DNA of 64,000 bases, from contig NC_086109.1 in assembly GCF_963921235.1 (NCBI RefSeq), forward strand, positions 17,486,001-17,550,000, read 5' to 3'. Numbering within the stretch: position 1 is the first letter of the stretch; every line of letters starts with the position of its first letter. Of the stretch, positions 23,900-36,272 are shown one piece after another. This DNA is from Mobula hypostoma (Eukaryota). The position numbers and the translations under genes are program-made. The notes under the pieces are model-generated. The model searched no databases and had not been told where the DNA came from. It saw only the letters and a list, made by a program, of their open reading frames with translations.

Positions 23900-25204
23900 T
23901 GGTCCATTTTCCTTCCCTTTCTTGATCTCTCCCACTCTATATTTGGAGACAGCTTATCTACTGATGTCTATTGTGAACCCACAGACTCTCACAGCTACCT
24001 TCACACCCTATTTCTTGTCAAATTGCCATCCCCTTCTCTCAACCCCTCCGTCTCCACCGTATCTGCTCTCAGGATGAGGCTTTTTATTCCAGAATGGAGG
24101 AGTTGCCTTCCTTCTTCAAAGAAAGAGTCTTCCCTTCCTCCACCCATCGACGCTGCCCTCAACTGTATCTCTTCCATTTTGTGCACGTCTGCACTTACCC
24201 CATCCTCCCACCACCCCACTATGGATAGGGTTCCTTTTGTCCTCACCTTCCATCCCACCAGCCTCCAGACCAGCACATAATTCTCTGTAACTTCCGCCAT
24301 CTCCAACGGGATCCCCCCACCAAGCACATCTTTCCCTCCCACCCCCCACTTTCTGCTTTCCACAGGAATCACTTCCCTGTGACTCCCTTGCCCATTCATC
24401 CCTCCCCACTGGTCTCCCTCCTGGCACTTATCCTTGCAAGTGGAACAAGGATTACACCTGCCCTACACCACCTCCCTCACTACCATTCAGGGCCCCAAAG
24501 AGTCCTTCCAGGTGATGAAACTCTTCATCTGTGACTCTTTTGGGGTCATTTACTGTATTTGATGCTCCCGGTGTACCCTCCAGTGAGACCCAACATAGAC
24601 TGGGAGACTGCCTCACCAAACACCTACACTCCGTCTGCCAGAAGAAGTGGGATCACTTAGAGGCCACCCATCTTAATGCCAATTCCCATTCCCGATCCCA
24701 TTCTGACATGTCAATCCATGGCCTCCTCTACTGTCGCGATGAGGATACACTCAGGTTGGAGGAGCAACACCTTATATTCCGTTCAGGTAGCCTCCAACTT
24801 GGTGGCATGGACATTGACTTCTCAGACTTCTGGTAATGCCCCCCCCACCTTCACCATTCCCCATTCCCTTCTCCCTCTCTCACCTTATCTCCTTTCCTGT
24901 CCATCACCTCCCTTTGGTTCTCCTTCCCCTTTTCCTTCTTCCATGTCCTCTCCTATCAGATTCCCCCTTCTCCAGCCTGTAACTCTCTCACCAATCAGCT
25001 CTTTACTTCACCACTCCCTCTCCCCGTTTCACCTATCACCTTGCGTTTCTTCCTCCTCTCCCCCACCCCCACCTTCTTATTCTGACTCCTCATCTTTTTC
25101 ACTCCAGTCCTGCTGAAGGGTCTCAGCCTGAAACGTCGACAGTACTCTTTTCCATAGGTGCTGCCTGGCCTGCTGAGTTCCTCCATCATTTTGTGTGTGT
25201 TGTT
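23900..25204 (+). mobile_element. Penelope-like element (RT C-terminus, GIY-YIG endonuclease remnant, 3' UTR, terminus); last piece at ~26171-26212
   Basis: TDVYCEPTDSHSYL; GVIYCI..SRC; ETQHRLGDCLTKHL...RLEEQHLIFRSGSLQLGGMDIDFS; hammerhead motif at 25105-25142. Confidence 0.9.
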
Positions 25205-26170
25205 GAGGGAATTAACTGCAGCATCTCCAAGTTTGCGGATGACACGAAGCTGGGTGGCAGTGTTAGCTGTGAGGAGGATGCTAAGAGGATGCAGAGTGAC
25301 TTGGATAGGTTGGGTGAGTGGGCAAGTTCATGGCAGATGCAATTTAATGTGAATAAATGTGAGGTTATCCACTTTGGTGGCAAAAACAGGGAAAGAGATT
25401 ATTATCTGAATGGTGGCTGATTAGGAAAAGGGGAGGTGCAACGAGACCTGGGTGTCATTATACACCAGTCATTGAAAGTGGGCATGCAGGTACAGCAGGC
25501 GGTGAAAAAGGCGAATGGTATGCTGGCATTCATAGCAAGAGGATTCGAGTACAGGAGCAGGGAGGTACTACTGCAGTTGTACAAAGCCTTGGTGAGACCA
25601 CACCTGGAGTATTGTGTGCAGTTTTGGTCCCCTAATCTGAGGAAAGACATCCTTGCCATAGAGGGAGTACAAAGAAGGTTCACCAGATTGATTCCTGGGA
25701 TGGTAGGACTTTCATATGAGGAAAGACTGGATCGACTAGGCTTATACTCGTTGGAATTTAGAAGATTGAGGGGGGATCTTATTGAAACGTATAAAATCCT
25801 AAAGGGATTGGACAGGCTAGATGCAGGAAGATTGTTCCCGATGTTGGGGAAGTCCAGAACGAGGGGTCACAGTTTGAAGATAAAGGGGAAGCCTTAAGGG
25901 GAAGCCTTTTAGGACCAAGATTAGGAAAAACTTCTTCACACAGAGAGTGGTGAATCTGTGGAATTCCCTGCCACAGGAAATAGCCAATGAACTGGCCTCA
26001 AATTTAAGAGGGAGTTAGATATGGCCCTTGTGGCTAAAGGGATCAGGGGGTATGGAAGGAAGGCTGGTACAGGGTTCTGAGTTGGATGGTCAGGCATGAT
26101 CATACTGAATGGCGGTGCAGGCTCAAAGGGCCGAATGGCCTACTCCTGCACCTATTTTCTATGTTTCTAT
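25205..26170 (+). mobile_element. Young CR1 LINE, 5'-truncated, inserted in the PLE terminus
   Basis: ISKFADDTKLGG, LVRPHLEYCVQFWSP; (TTTCTATG)n tail; premature TGA near 25418 and a 13-nt duplication at 25883-25908. Confidence 0.95.
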
Positions 26171-26929
26171 ATTGTTTGTATTTCCTGCATCTGCAGATTT
26201 TTTCTTGTTTGCGACATTTCTGTTGTGTTTTTCATGAGGGAACAACTGGGTTAAAGGCTAGGGTGTAGGTCCTTTACTGTAGCTTACTCTGCGCATAACA
26301 GGAAGCTACAGAAGTATAATTCAGTCAAGTATGTCATGATAGGTGGGGCAGGTGACTGAAATTCCAAGATTTCATCAAAATTACTAGAGTATTTCAAAAG
26401 CCACCTTTGATTAATTTTCCCAGTTTGTTTCCCACCAAAGACTGATCCAGATCTGCAACACGTCATGGTGTGTCTTTGGGAACAGTAGTAATGAGGATTC
26501 CATATGAGCAGTGATCAATCCAGCAGACATGTTGTCTTTGATCCTGTTAAAGTATTCTCTGCAGGGAGCAGAGAAAGTAAATATATAAGCGGTAAGAGGA
26601 AAGGACTCGCAAGTTGTCACAGCCCTTCAATCCCACCGAATTTGATCATCTGCTTTGTAGCCAAGCACGTGCTGCAACTGCTCTAGAGTTGAGAAAACTG
26701 GCAGGCAATCTTTACCCAGTAAGACCCCACAAGAAGCAACGAGATTATGAGCAAGCAGTAGTTAGAAATTTGCCCCCAGGCTCTTGAGACGAAGGTGTGT
26801 GTACATTTGAAATTTGAATTCTCTGATTTCAATAAAATTTAATTTTAGAAAGAGAAAGGTGTGATGCTTTCATTCTTTTTGACTTGCTCAGCAGCTTAGC
26901 ACGAGGAAAGCAGACCACATCCAGTGAAT

Positions 26930-27450
26930 GTTATTATTGAAGTACGTATATCTCATCACATAAAACACTGAGATTCATTTCCTTGTGGGCATTCACAGTA
27001 GTTACAATGAAACTCAATAGAATCAATAAAAAACTGAAAACAATTGAAGGTGGACAGAGAACCAATATGCAAAAGAAGGCATCTGTACAAATGAAAATAA
27101 TAAATAAATAGATAGGTAGATAGATAGATAGATAGATAGATAACACTGAGGATACGAGTTGTAGAGTCCTTGAAAGTGAATCCATAGGTTGTGGAATCAG
27201 TTCAATGTTGAGGTGAGTGAAGTTATCCACGCTGGTTTAGGAAGCTGATGGTTGAAAGGTAATGATGGTTCCTGAACCTGGTGGAGTGGGGCCTTTGGCT
27301 TCCATACCTCCTTCCTGATGGAAGCAGTGTGACGAGACCACAGCCCGATGATGGATGCTGCTTTCTTGTAGATACGCTCAGTGGCGGGAAGGGCTTTTCT
27401 TGTGCTGGGTTGGGCTGTATTCACCACTTTTTGCAGGCTTTTCCATTCAC
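26930..27450 (-). mobile_element. Rex1/Babar 3' fragment containing a (GATA)n microsatellite
   Basis: KAASII remnant; 3' UTR as at 11105; (GATA)n at ~27108-27141. Confidence 0.8.
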
Positions 27451-27799
27451 GGGCTTCAGTGCACCTTCCAAATCTCTGCTACCTATCGGAAAGATCAAGG
27501 AAGCAGATACGCCAGTTCCTGGGGCCACTCAGTTCACGTGCCGTTATTGCTTGGGCATATACTGGGAAGAGACGTGAACCCTTTGTGTTCTTTCTGGGCC
27601 ATAAATACTATGTCTACTGTTAATTAACAGCAGTCTGCACTGTCAGGTGCTCTGCTGGGAGAAAACTCCTGACCCATGGCTGTGATCTATGAAAGGAATC
27701 CTGAATTTGGCATGGAGATAGCCATATTAGCAGCCCACAAGTAACAAAACTGGATCACCATTGATCATACTGTCTACACTTCTTATAACTTCACTTTAC

Positions 27800-28200
27800 A
27801 GTTCTTGCTGCCTCAGTAAAGCAGCCAGCTTAATCAAAGATTCCACCCACCCCTGACATTCTCTCTCTCTCCTTTCTTCTATCAGGCCAATGTTACAAAA
27901 GCTTGAAGGCATGTAACACCAGGCTCAATAACAACTTTTATCCTGCTGATATAAGACTATTAAATGTTTCCCTAGTACAATAAGACTGACACTTGAGCTT
28001 ACAATCTAGCTCGTCATTGTCTTCTACCTTAATGTTTACCTGCACTGCATTTTCCCTGCTGTTTAACACTTTATTCTGCATTGTCATTGTTTTACCTTTT
28101 TCTACCTCAATGCACTGTGTAATCATCTGTATGAACAGTATGCAAGACAAACTTCTCACTGTATCTCAGTACATGTGACATGATAAATCAATTCCAGTTC
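27800..28200 (+). mobile_element. Rex1/Babar 3' fragment (different subfamily)
   Basis: aaagcagccagcttaatcaaaga (KAASLIKD) and 3' UTR ending gtacatgtgacatgataaatc. Confidence 0.7.
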
Positions 28201-28287
28201 CATACAAAATACAGAGATTGTATCCAGAAGAAAACTGGAGACGGATAAAAGAGACACCATCCATTGTACAAAAGCTTTTGCAAAATT

Positions 28288-28645
28288 AGTTCATTCGTTT
28301 TGTGCTCTGCCATATGACGTGGGCGATCATGGTCTTGACCACGATTGTTGTTGACAAGTTTTTCGACAGAAGTGGTTTGCCATTGCCTTCTTCTGGGCAG
28401 TGTCTTGACAAAGTGCGTGACCCCACCAGCCATTATCAATACTATTCAGAGATTGTCTGCCTGGCGTCAGTGGCCACATAAGCAGGACTTGGGATATACG
28501 CCGGCTGCTCGTACAACCATCCATTACCTGCTTCTCCTGATTGGGGGGGCTAATCTGTCGCTACACCTTGCCCAAGGGTGACCTGCAGGCTAGCAGAGGG
28601 AAGGAGTGTCTTTGGCAGAGACATATTCTTCACCCAGCCACCCCC
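28288..28645 (-). mobile_element. RTE-tailed short element (same family as 8493-8833)
   Basis: cagaagtggtttgccattgccttc and gctacaccttgcccaagggtgacctg shared. Confidence 0.8.
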
Positions 28646-28812
28646 TTGCATATATAATGGTAATAAATAGTACTTTTACGTTATTTTTCCAACTGATCTA
28701 TGTTTCTCAGAAGCTCTTCCCACCATATTTAATCTCCTTATCCTTCTTTCCCCTTTTCCCTTCATGTCTTTACCTTAATCCTCATTAATACATCTATGAT
28801 TTTTTGCCTCAA

Positions 28813-29401
28813 CTGAGGGCCTCCGTCGGTCAGCGTTGACCGTGGATATTGTGCCCTAGCTGTCTAGATATGTCAGCCTGGGCAGTACGATATAGAGAGC
28901 AAGCTGTTGCCCATGTAGCAACCCCCCTCTCCATGCAACTGATGAACGCAAAGGAACGGCAGATCTGATCGATACAGTTTGGCAGCAGCAGTGTCACAGA
29001 AGTTGCCTGTCAGCATCGAACTCGATGTAGGACTGCCTTAGGGACTCCAGCTCCTGATTTTTCCTTTAGGGTTTACTCCTGAAGCTTTCTCTATGAGTGG
29101 GTATAGCCGCAAGGGAGCAGAGGATTGACATCCGAGTTTTCCTTCTCCTACATGAGCTGCCAACCACGGCTGATGAGCCCCATCTGCCTGAAGCAACTGA
29201 TTTTAAGGCGCCAGTAAGCCGCCTTTGCCCTTTCTCCTGACAGTAGAAACGGTTCCGCTGGGCTTAGTAGCTAAGCCACACGTGAAGGCCAGGAGTTGGA
29301 CTTGGTTGTCAGAGGCTATTTGAGATGCACAACCTTGGGAGAAATTAATAGGTGGTGGGATCTTCTCTCCATTACCACCCACGGCTATAACAACCTTAAG
29401 G
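28813..29401 (-). mobile_element. Non-autonomous RTE-derived element (same family as 57850-58410)
   Basis: Collinear with 57850-58410; TCAACT repeated at both flanks as a probable TSD. Confidence 0.8.
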
Positions 29402-29689
29402 TCAACTAGACCTGGTGGTAATGACTTCCACATTCTAACCACTCTCTGTTTCTCCAATACTCCCGTTGGATTTAAATTTAAAGTTGTTAGTTTTAGGTTC
29501 CTTTTGTGTAAGTGTGTAAATGGCATCAGCTTTTCCCAACCTCCAACAAAATAGTTGAAATTAAAATAAAATCTTTCGACAACAGAAGGAACGAGTTTCC
29601 TTGGAGGTAATGTCAATATGGGAGATCTAACAGCATCATTATGTACTGTAGGGCAATGGATAGACCATCTTGCCGTGCTATATTGTGTA

Positions 29690-30180
29690 GACATAGGAGT
29701 AGAATTAGGCCATTTGGCCTGTTTGCTCCACATTCCATCATAGCTGATTTATTATCCCTCTCAACCCCAATCCCCTGCCTTCTCCCCGTAACCTATGATG
29801 CACTTACCAATTAAGCACCTATCAACCTCCACCATAAATATACCCGATGATTTGACCTCCACAGCCATTTGTAGTGATGAATTCCACAGATTCACCACCC
29901 TCTGGCTAAAGAAGTTCCTCTTCATCTCTGTTCAAAAGCGTTGTGCTTGTATTCTGAGGCTGTGCCCTCTGGTCCGAGACTCTCCCACTATGTTAAACAT
30001 CTTCTCCAAGCCCACTCTATCTAGGCCTTTCAATATTCAATAGGTTTCACTGAGATTCCCCGCCCCGCATTTTTCTAAACTACAGCGAGTACACGCCTAG
30101 GGCCATCAAACAGTGCTCATACCTTAACCCCTTCATTTCCAGCGTCATTCTCGTGAACCTCCTCTGGACTCTCTCCACAT
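29690..30180 (-). mobile_element. CR1 LINE 3' fragment
   Basis: gaattccacagattcaccaccctctggctaaagaa is FFSQRVVNLWNS on the minus strand; similar copies at 31265-31610, 41765-42155 and 45988-46372. Confidence 0.88.
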
Positions 30181-31861
30181 AGTGAATGTATATCAGTAGA
30201 GAAAGCTGATGTTCTGAGCCAACCTCGCACTCTCACTTGGTTGAAAACTGACACACAAACTGTCTAAACTACCAAGTAAGTACTAGCCAAATGTACTACT
30301 GATGGCCATGTGATGTACTTCAGGAAGGATGCCATGTCCTGGAAGTGAGAGGAAAGAGCAAAACAGAAAAAGATCTGATTATGATGCAGAGTCCCAACTT
30401 CTTCCACCTTCTAGCCGGTAATAAACAATGTGATATTTTTTCTCATTGCATTACTCATGGTTGACTCCAGCCCAATATTGCTCTGTTGAATGACTTAGTC
30501 AGTTAAGGTGACTCATGGAATTTCACAACCCCTTAAACCTCTAACACCGGTAAAAAACAACAACATGTGATTTCTGTGAATTTTAAAGTTTCTTATCGGT
30601 TTCCACGAGTTCTAAGATTATTTGCTTCACAGACAACTGAAACAGGGCTTCAGTGCACATAGTCTACAATGAAAGTGCTCAAATCAAGAAGGGGAACAAA
30701 ATCGGGTATTGACCATTTGAGGGGATTAGCTCTCAGCAGAAGCAAAGTGCACTTCTTGTTCCCAACAGTTCTTTACACACAGACATCCTTTGACCTACTT
30801 GCATATGAACTGGTGAGCAGGATCTTGCTCTGGTCTGGTACAAGCATTGGTTGTAATCTCATCATTGATTCAGAAGCCTGTGGATCCAATCTACACCAAC
30901 GTTCATTCTCCAAACGGGCAACTTGGGGAATACAGGTATTGGGGAAGCTCAGACTCCGGTTGTGCATTGCTTTTTGGGTGCTTGAGAAATATCCTTCAGC
31001 ATTAGGAAGAGTACATTCATATATCCTGGCCAGTATTTATCCTCCACCAACATCGCTAAATGAAGTTTGATGGGTTCAACAGGTAGAAGTAGGGGGAGAT
31101 CAGAGAATGGTCATCCTGTAGCCCAGCTCCACCTCAACCCAAAATTTAGGTCAGTAAGCTCCATACAATGACCTGAACACAATTTCTGATCCCTTGGCTA
31201 ACATACACTGCTCCCCCAGCCCCCACATGGAACAACAGCTCCACCAACGATGAGTTTTTATTTCACCATAAGACATGTAAGCAGACTAGGCCATTCGGCA
31301 CATCAAGTCTGCTCCACCATTTGATCATGGCTGACTTATTTTCCCTCGCAATTACAACTCTCTTCTTATAACTTTTAGTGTCCTTACTAATTAAGTACCT
31401 AACCAACCTCTCTTTAAGTATACCCAATAGCTTTGCCTTCTGTGGCAATAAATTCTACAGAGTCCCCACCTTCTGGCTAATGAAATTTTTCCTCAAATCT
31501 GTTCTAAAATGATGTCCTTGTATTCTTAGACTGTGCCCTCTGGTCCTAGACTCTCCCACTAATGGAAACATTCTCTTCACATCCACTCTTTCTAGGCCTT
31601 TCAATTCTTAAGATTCTGTCAGAGCTGCTCTTCCCTGCAATACAACGGAGACTAGGCTTCACAAAGTAATTGCTTGTAGATCGTTTTCTGGACATTGTGA
31701 AAACCACTTCATTGTTGCCTTTCCTTTGAGGCAACTTTTTGCCACACAGATGTTTTAGAGAGTGGGTATATTCGACAAGAGAGAGTCTAGTCTTGCCCCA
31801 TGACATTTAACTTACTACCACGAGTGAGAACCCCACAATCAACATTCTGGGAAGTCATAAA

Positions 31862-32255
31862 CTCTGTGGCAACAAGAGCAGGTCAAAGGCAGGACTCCTG
31901 TGGTGTGTGACGCACTGCCTGACCCCCTCTAAGCCTTTCCACAATTGACTAGATATAGGTCAGACATATGATGGAGTACTCTTCACTTGCCTGAATGAGA
32001 ACAATTACAATAATACTCAAGAATCTTGACATCATCTAGGACAAAGCAGCCTGCTTGATTGGTAACTCATCCATTATTCCACACATTCCTTTCCCCCACT
32101 ATGGCTACAGTGTGTTCCATCTGCAAAATGAACTCCAGATACTTGCCTAGGCTGCTCAGACAGCACTGCCCAATCATTGTTCCCAAGAAGGACAAGGGCA
32201 GCAGGCGTAGGGGGACACCAACACCTGCAGGTTCTCCTTCACTCCTGATTTTGAA
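31862..32255 (+). mobile_element. Old CR1/Jockey-group LINE RT C-terminal remnant
   Basis: MMEYSSLA...LKNLDII*DKAACLIG remnant; resumes after the insertion at ~32950. Confidence 0.65.
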
Positions 32256-32261
32256 ATAAAT

Positions 32262-32936
32262 TCAATTAGATTAGATTATGAGGACACGCAGTCTTCTTTT
32301 ATTGTTGTTTAGTAATGCATGCATTCGAAAAATGATACAATGTTCCTCCAGTGTGATATCACAGAAACACAAAACAGACCAAGACTGAAAAAACTGACAA
32401 AAACCGCATAATTATAGCATATAGTTACAACAGTGCAAGCAATACCGTAATTTGATAGAAGAACAGACCATGGGCACGGTAAAAAGTCTCAAAGTCTCTC
32501 GAAAGTCCCGACATCTCACCTAGACGGTAGAAGAAAGAAAACTCTCCCTGCCATGAGCTTCCAGCGCCGGAAACTTGCCGATGCAGCATCCTGGAAGCAC
32601 CCGACCACAGTCCGACTCTCAGTCTGTCCGAAAACTTCGAGCCTCCGACCAGCCCTCCGACACCGAGCACCGAGCACCATCTCTGCCGAGCGCTTCGACC
32701 CCGGCCCTGGCAACAGGCAATAGGCAAAGTCGAGGATTTGGGGCCTTCTCCTCCGGAGATTCTCGATTGCACAGTAGCAGCGGCAGCGAGCCAGGCATTT
32801 CAGAAGTTTCTCCAGATGTTCTTCCATGCTTCTCACGTCTGCCTCCATCAAATCAGGATTGTGCACGGCCCCTATTTATCAAATACGATATAATTTCACC
32901 ACAGAGGCCGCAAGCGCTGCGACATGCCGCCATCTT
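32262..32936 (-). mobile_element. Young non-autonomous retroelement with CpG-rich body and 5' YY1-like motif
   Basis: Starts AAGATGGCGGC on the minus strand, ends with aataaaagaagactgcgtgtcctcataatcta(ATCTA)n; CpGs well preserved. Confidence 0.75.
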
Positions 32937-34234
32937 TTCCTCCCCTCCTATTATATCACCATTTTCTCACTGTCTTCAGGTCAAAAGCCTCACTGGGTGG
33001 CATGGCAGTGTAGTAATTAGTTTTGTGATGCCAGTGATTGGGAATCAATTCCCGCCGCTCCGTGAAAAGAGTTTGTACATTTTCCCACAAATAATTTCCT
33101 CCAAGAGGTCCGGTTTTCTCCAACATTCCAAGGGCATCCAAGATAGGGGTCAGTGAGTTGTGGGCACATTACGTTGGCACCAGCAGCAGGGGGACACTTG
33201 TGGGATGCCCAGCACAATCCTCAGGCTATGTTGGTGATCGGCACAAACACTGCATGCTGCGATGTTTCAATGTACGTGTGGTTAATGAAGCTAATCGTTA
33301 ATCTTTAAACAGCATTGTGGAATGAGCAATAAATCCTGGCTTTGTAAAAATCTCCTTGTGATATTGATTTAATAATTAAAAAAACACAAAGGTTGTTTAG
33401 GCTTAAGGAAATAGAAGGTAAAATCGCTCAAAAAATTAAGACAGTTTAGTGTCATTTCCAGTACACAAGTGTAAAGGAGAACAAAATAATTGTTACTCCA
33501 GATCTGATGCAGCACAAAAAAACACAATAAAATAAAGAACACAATAATACTAAAAACACAATAAATATAAGTACATAACATAGCTAAAATAGATAGATTA
33601 TCTGTATGTCCAAAAGTTGATGCTAGGCACGGGAGTGTCAGGAAATGACACAGTAGTGGCAGTGGGGTATGAGGGGATTTGTGTGTGTGGAGGGGGGGGG
33701 TGTTAGTCAGTGGAGGTGTTGATCAGCCTTACTGTTTGCGGAAAGTAAATAGTCTTGAGTCCTGTGGTCCTGGCGCGGATGCTACGTAGCCTCCTCCCTG
33801 ATGGGATTGCTGTTTGCATTTGAGTTTGCGGAAATTCTTGCATGGTCAATTAGAGCACTAAACTGTTGCTTCTCCATTACTTCTGCTGCCGGAGAGTTTG
33901 AATTGAATTTCATTTGTCGGCACCACAGGTGTTATTGGGCAATGCAGCAGCTTAAACCCTCAGAGCCTACTCCCTCCTATCCCTGATTCCCATTGGGGCA
34001 ACCCCTACACTACACCTGCCAATCATAAAGTTCCATCCACATGCCAACTGCACTCCCACTTTTATCATGGTACCCTGTAAGGATGGATATGATTGGGTTT
34101 TGAAGTTAAGATAGATTGGACAGTCAGGGTCTTTTCTCCCCCAGGGTAGAAACATCAAATATTGAAGGACATGCATTCAATGTGAGGGGAGGTAAATTTT
34201 AAAGGAAATGAGTTGGAACAGGGTGCCAGAAGTG

Positions 34235-35810
34235 CCTATAAATTTGCTGATAATACAACCATTGTTGGTAGAATCTCAGGTGGTGATGAGAGGGCGTACA
34301 GGAGTGTGATATGCCAACTAGTGGAATGGTGTCGCAGCAACAACCTGGCACTCAACGTCAGTAAGATGAAAGAGCTGATTGTGGACTTCAGGAAGGGTAA
34401 GATGAAGGAAAACATACCAATCCTCATAGAGGGATCAGAAGTGGAGAGAGTGAGCAGTTTTAATTTCCTTGGTGTCAAGATCTCTGAGGACCTATCCTGG
34501 TCCCAACATATTGATGCAGTTATAAAGAAGGCAAGACAGTGACTATACTTCATTAGGAGTTTGAAGAGATTTGGTATGTCAACAAAAACACTCAAAAACT
34601 TCTATAGATGTACCATGGAGAGCATTCTGACAGATTGCATCACTGTCTGGTATGGGAGGGGAAGGGAGGGGGTGCTATTGTACAGGACTGGAAGAAGCTG
34701 CAGAGGGTTGTAAATTTAGTCGGCTCCGTCTTGGGTACTAGCCTACAAAGTACTCAGGACATCTTCAGGGAGTGGTGTCTCAGAAAGGCAGCATCCATTA
34801 TTAAGGACATTCAGCACCCAGGGCATGCCCTTTTCTCACTGTGAAGGCACACATTCAGTGATACAGAAACAGGTTCTTCCCCTCTGCCATCCGATTCCTA
34901 AATGGACATTGAACCCTTGAACACTACCTCATTTTTTTAAGTATATATTAGAAACATAGAAACATAGAAAACGTACAGCACAGTACAGGCCCTTTGGCCT
35001 ACAATGCTGTGCCAAACATATACTTACCTCAGAAATTACCTAGGGTTACCCATAACCCTCTATTTTCCTGAGCTCCATGTACCTATCCAGGAGTCTCTTA
35101 AAAGACCCTATTGTACCCGCCTCCACAACCATTGCCGGCAGCCCATTCCACGCACTCACCACTCTCTGCGTAAAAAACTTACCCATGACGTTTCCTCTGT
35201 ACCAACTTCCAAGCACCTTAAAACTATGCCCTCTCGTGCTAGCCATTTCAGCCCTTGGCAAAAGCCTCTGACTATCCACACGATCAATGCCTCTCATCAT
35301 CTTATACACCTCTATCAGGTCACCTCATCCTCCGTCACTCCAAGGAGAAAAGGCCGAGTTCACTCAATCTATTCTTGTAAGGCATGCTCCTCAATCCAGG
35401 CAACACCCTTGTAAATCTGCTCTGCACCCTTTCAATGGTTTCCACATTCTTCCTGTAGTGAGGTGACCAGAACTGAGTACAGTACTCCAAGTGGGGTCTG
35501 ACCAGGGTCCTATACAGCTGTAACATTACCTCTCAGCTCCTAAACTCAATCCCACGGTTGATGAAGGCCAATGCACTGTATGCCTTCTTAAACACAGAGT
35601 CAACCACAGCACCCAATTATATATTATTTCTATTTTTTTTGCACAATTTTTAATCTATTCAATATATGTATACTGTAATTGGGTTACTTATTTATTATTA
35701 TTATTATTTTATTTTTTTCTTCTATATTATGTATTGCATTGAACTGCTGCTGCTACGTTAACAAATTTCATCACACATGCTGGTGATAATAAACCCGATT
35801 CTGAATTCTG
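34235..35810 (+). mobile_element. Rex1/Babar LINE, 5'-truncated, interrupted by CR1
   Basis: ORF 34213..34542 YKFADNTTIVG...ELIVDFRKG...KKARQ; 3' UTR resumes after TSD TATATATTA. Confidence 0.92.
34951..35617 (-). mobile_element. CR1 LINE 3' fragment with 9-bp TSD
   Basis: LVRPHLEYCTQFWSP and FFTQRVVSAWNGLP; (GAAACATA)n tail; TSD at 34942-34950 and 35618-35626. Confidence 0.93.
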
Positions 35811-35856
35811 AACTGCAATAGTGGTGGTGAAAGGGATCGGGTAGACACATGGAACA

Positions 35857-36272
35857 GAATCAGAATCAGGTTTAATATCATTGGCACATGTCATCAAATT
35901 TGTTAACTTTGCAGCTGCAGTACAATGCAATACATGATAAATATAGAAAAAAAACTGAATTACAGTAATTATATATATATACGTATATCGTATAGTTAAG
36001 TTAAAAATAAATAGCGCAAAAACAAATTTAAAATAAGTAAATTAAGGTAGTGTTCACGGGTTCAATGTCCATTTAGGAATCGGATGGCCGAGGGGTAGAA
36101 GCTGTTCCTGAATCGCTGAGTGTGTGCCCTCAGGCTTCTGTACCTCCTGCCTGAGAAGAGGTCATGTCCTGGATGCTGGAGGTCCTTAGTGATGGACACT
36201 GCCTACCAGAGGCACCTCTCCCCGAAGATGTCTTGGATTCTACGGAGACTAGTACCCATGATGGAGCTGACT
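35857..36272 (-). mobile_element. Rex1/Babar 3' fragment, tail-to-tail with the previous Rex1
   Basis: cagaatcagaatcaggtttaat tail and RRYRSLRAHTQRFRNSFYP on the minus strand. Confidence 0.88.

Noticed and set aside
32575..33156. 193-aa ORF
   Set aside because: Antisense reading of a GC-rich non-autonomous element that runs across repeat boundaries into a SINE.
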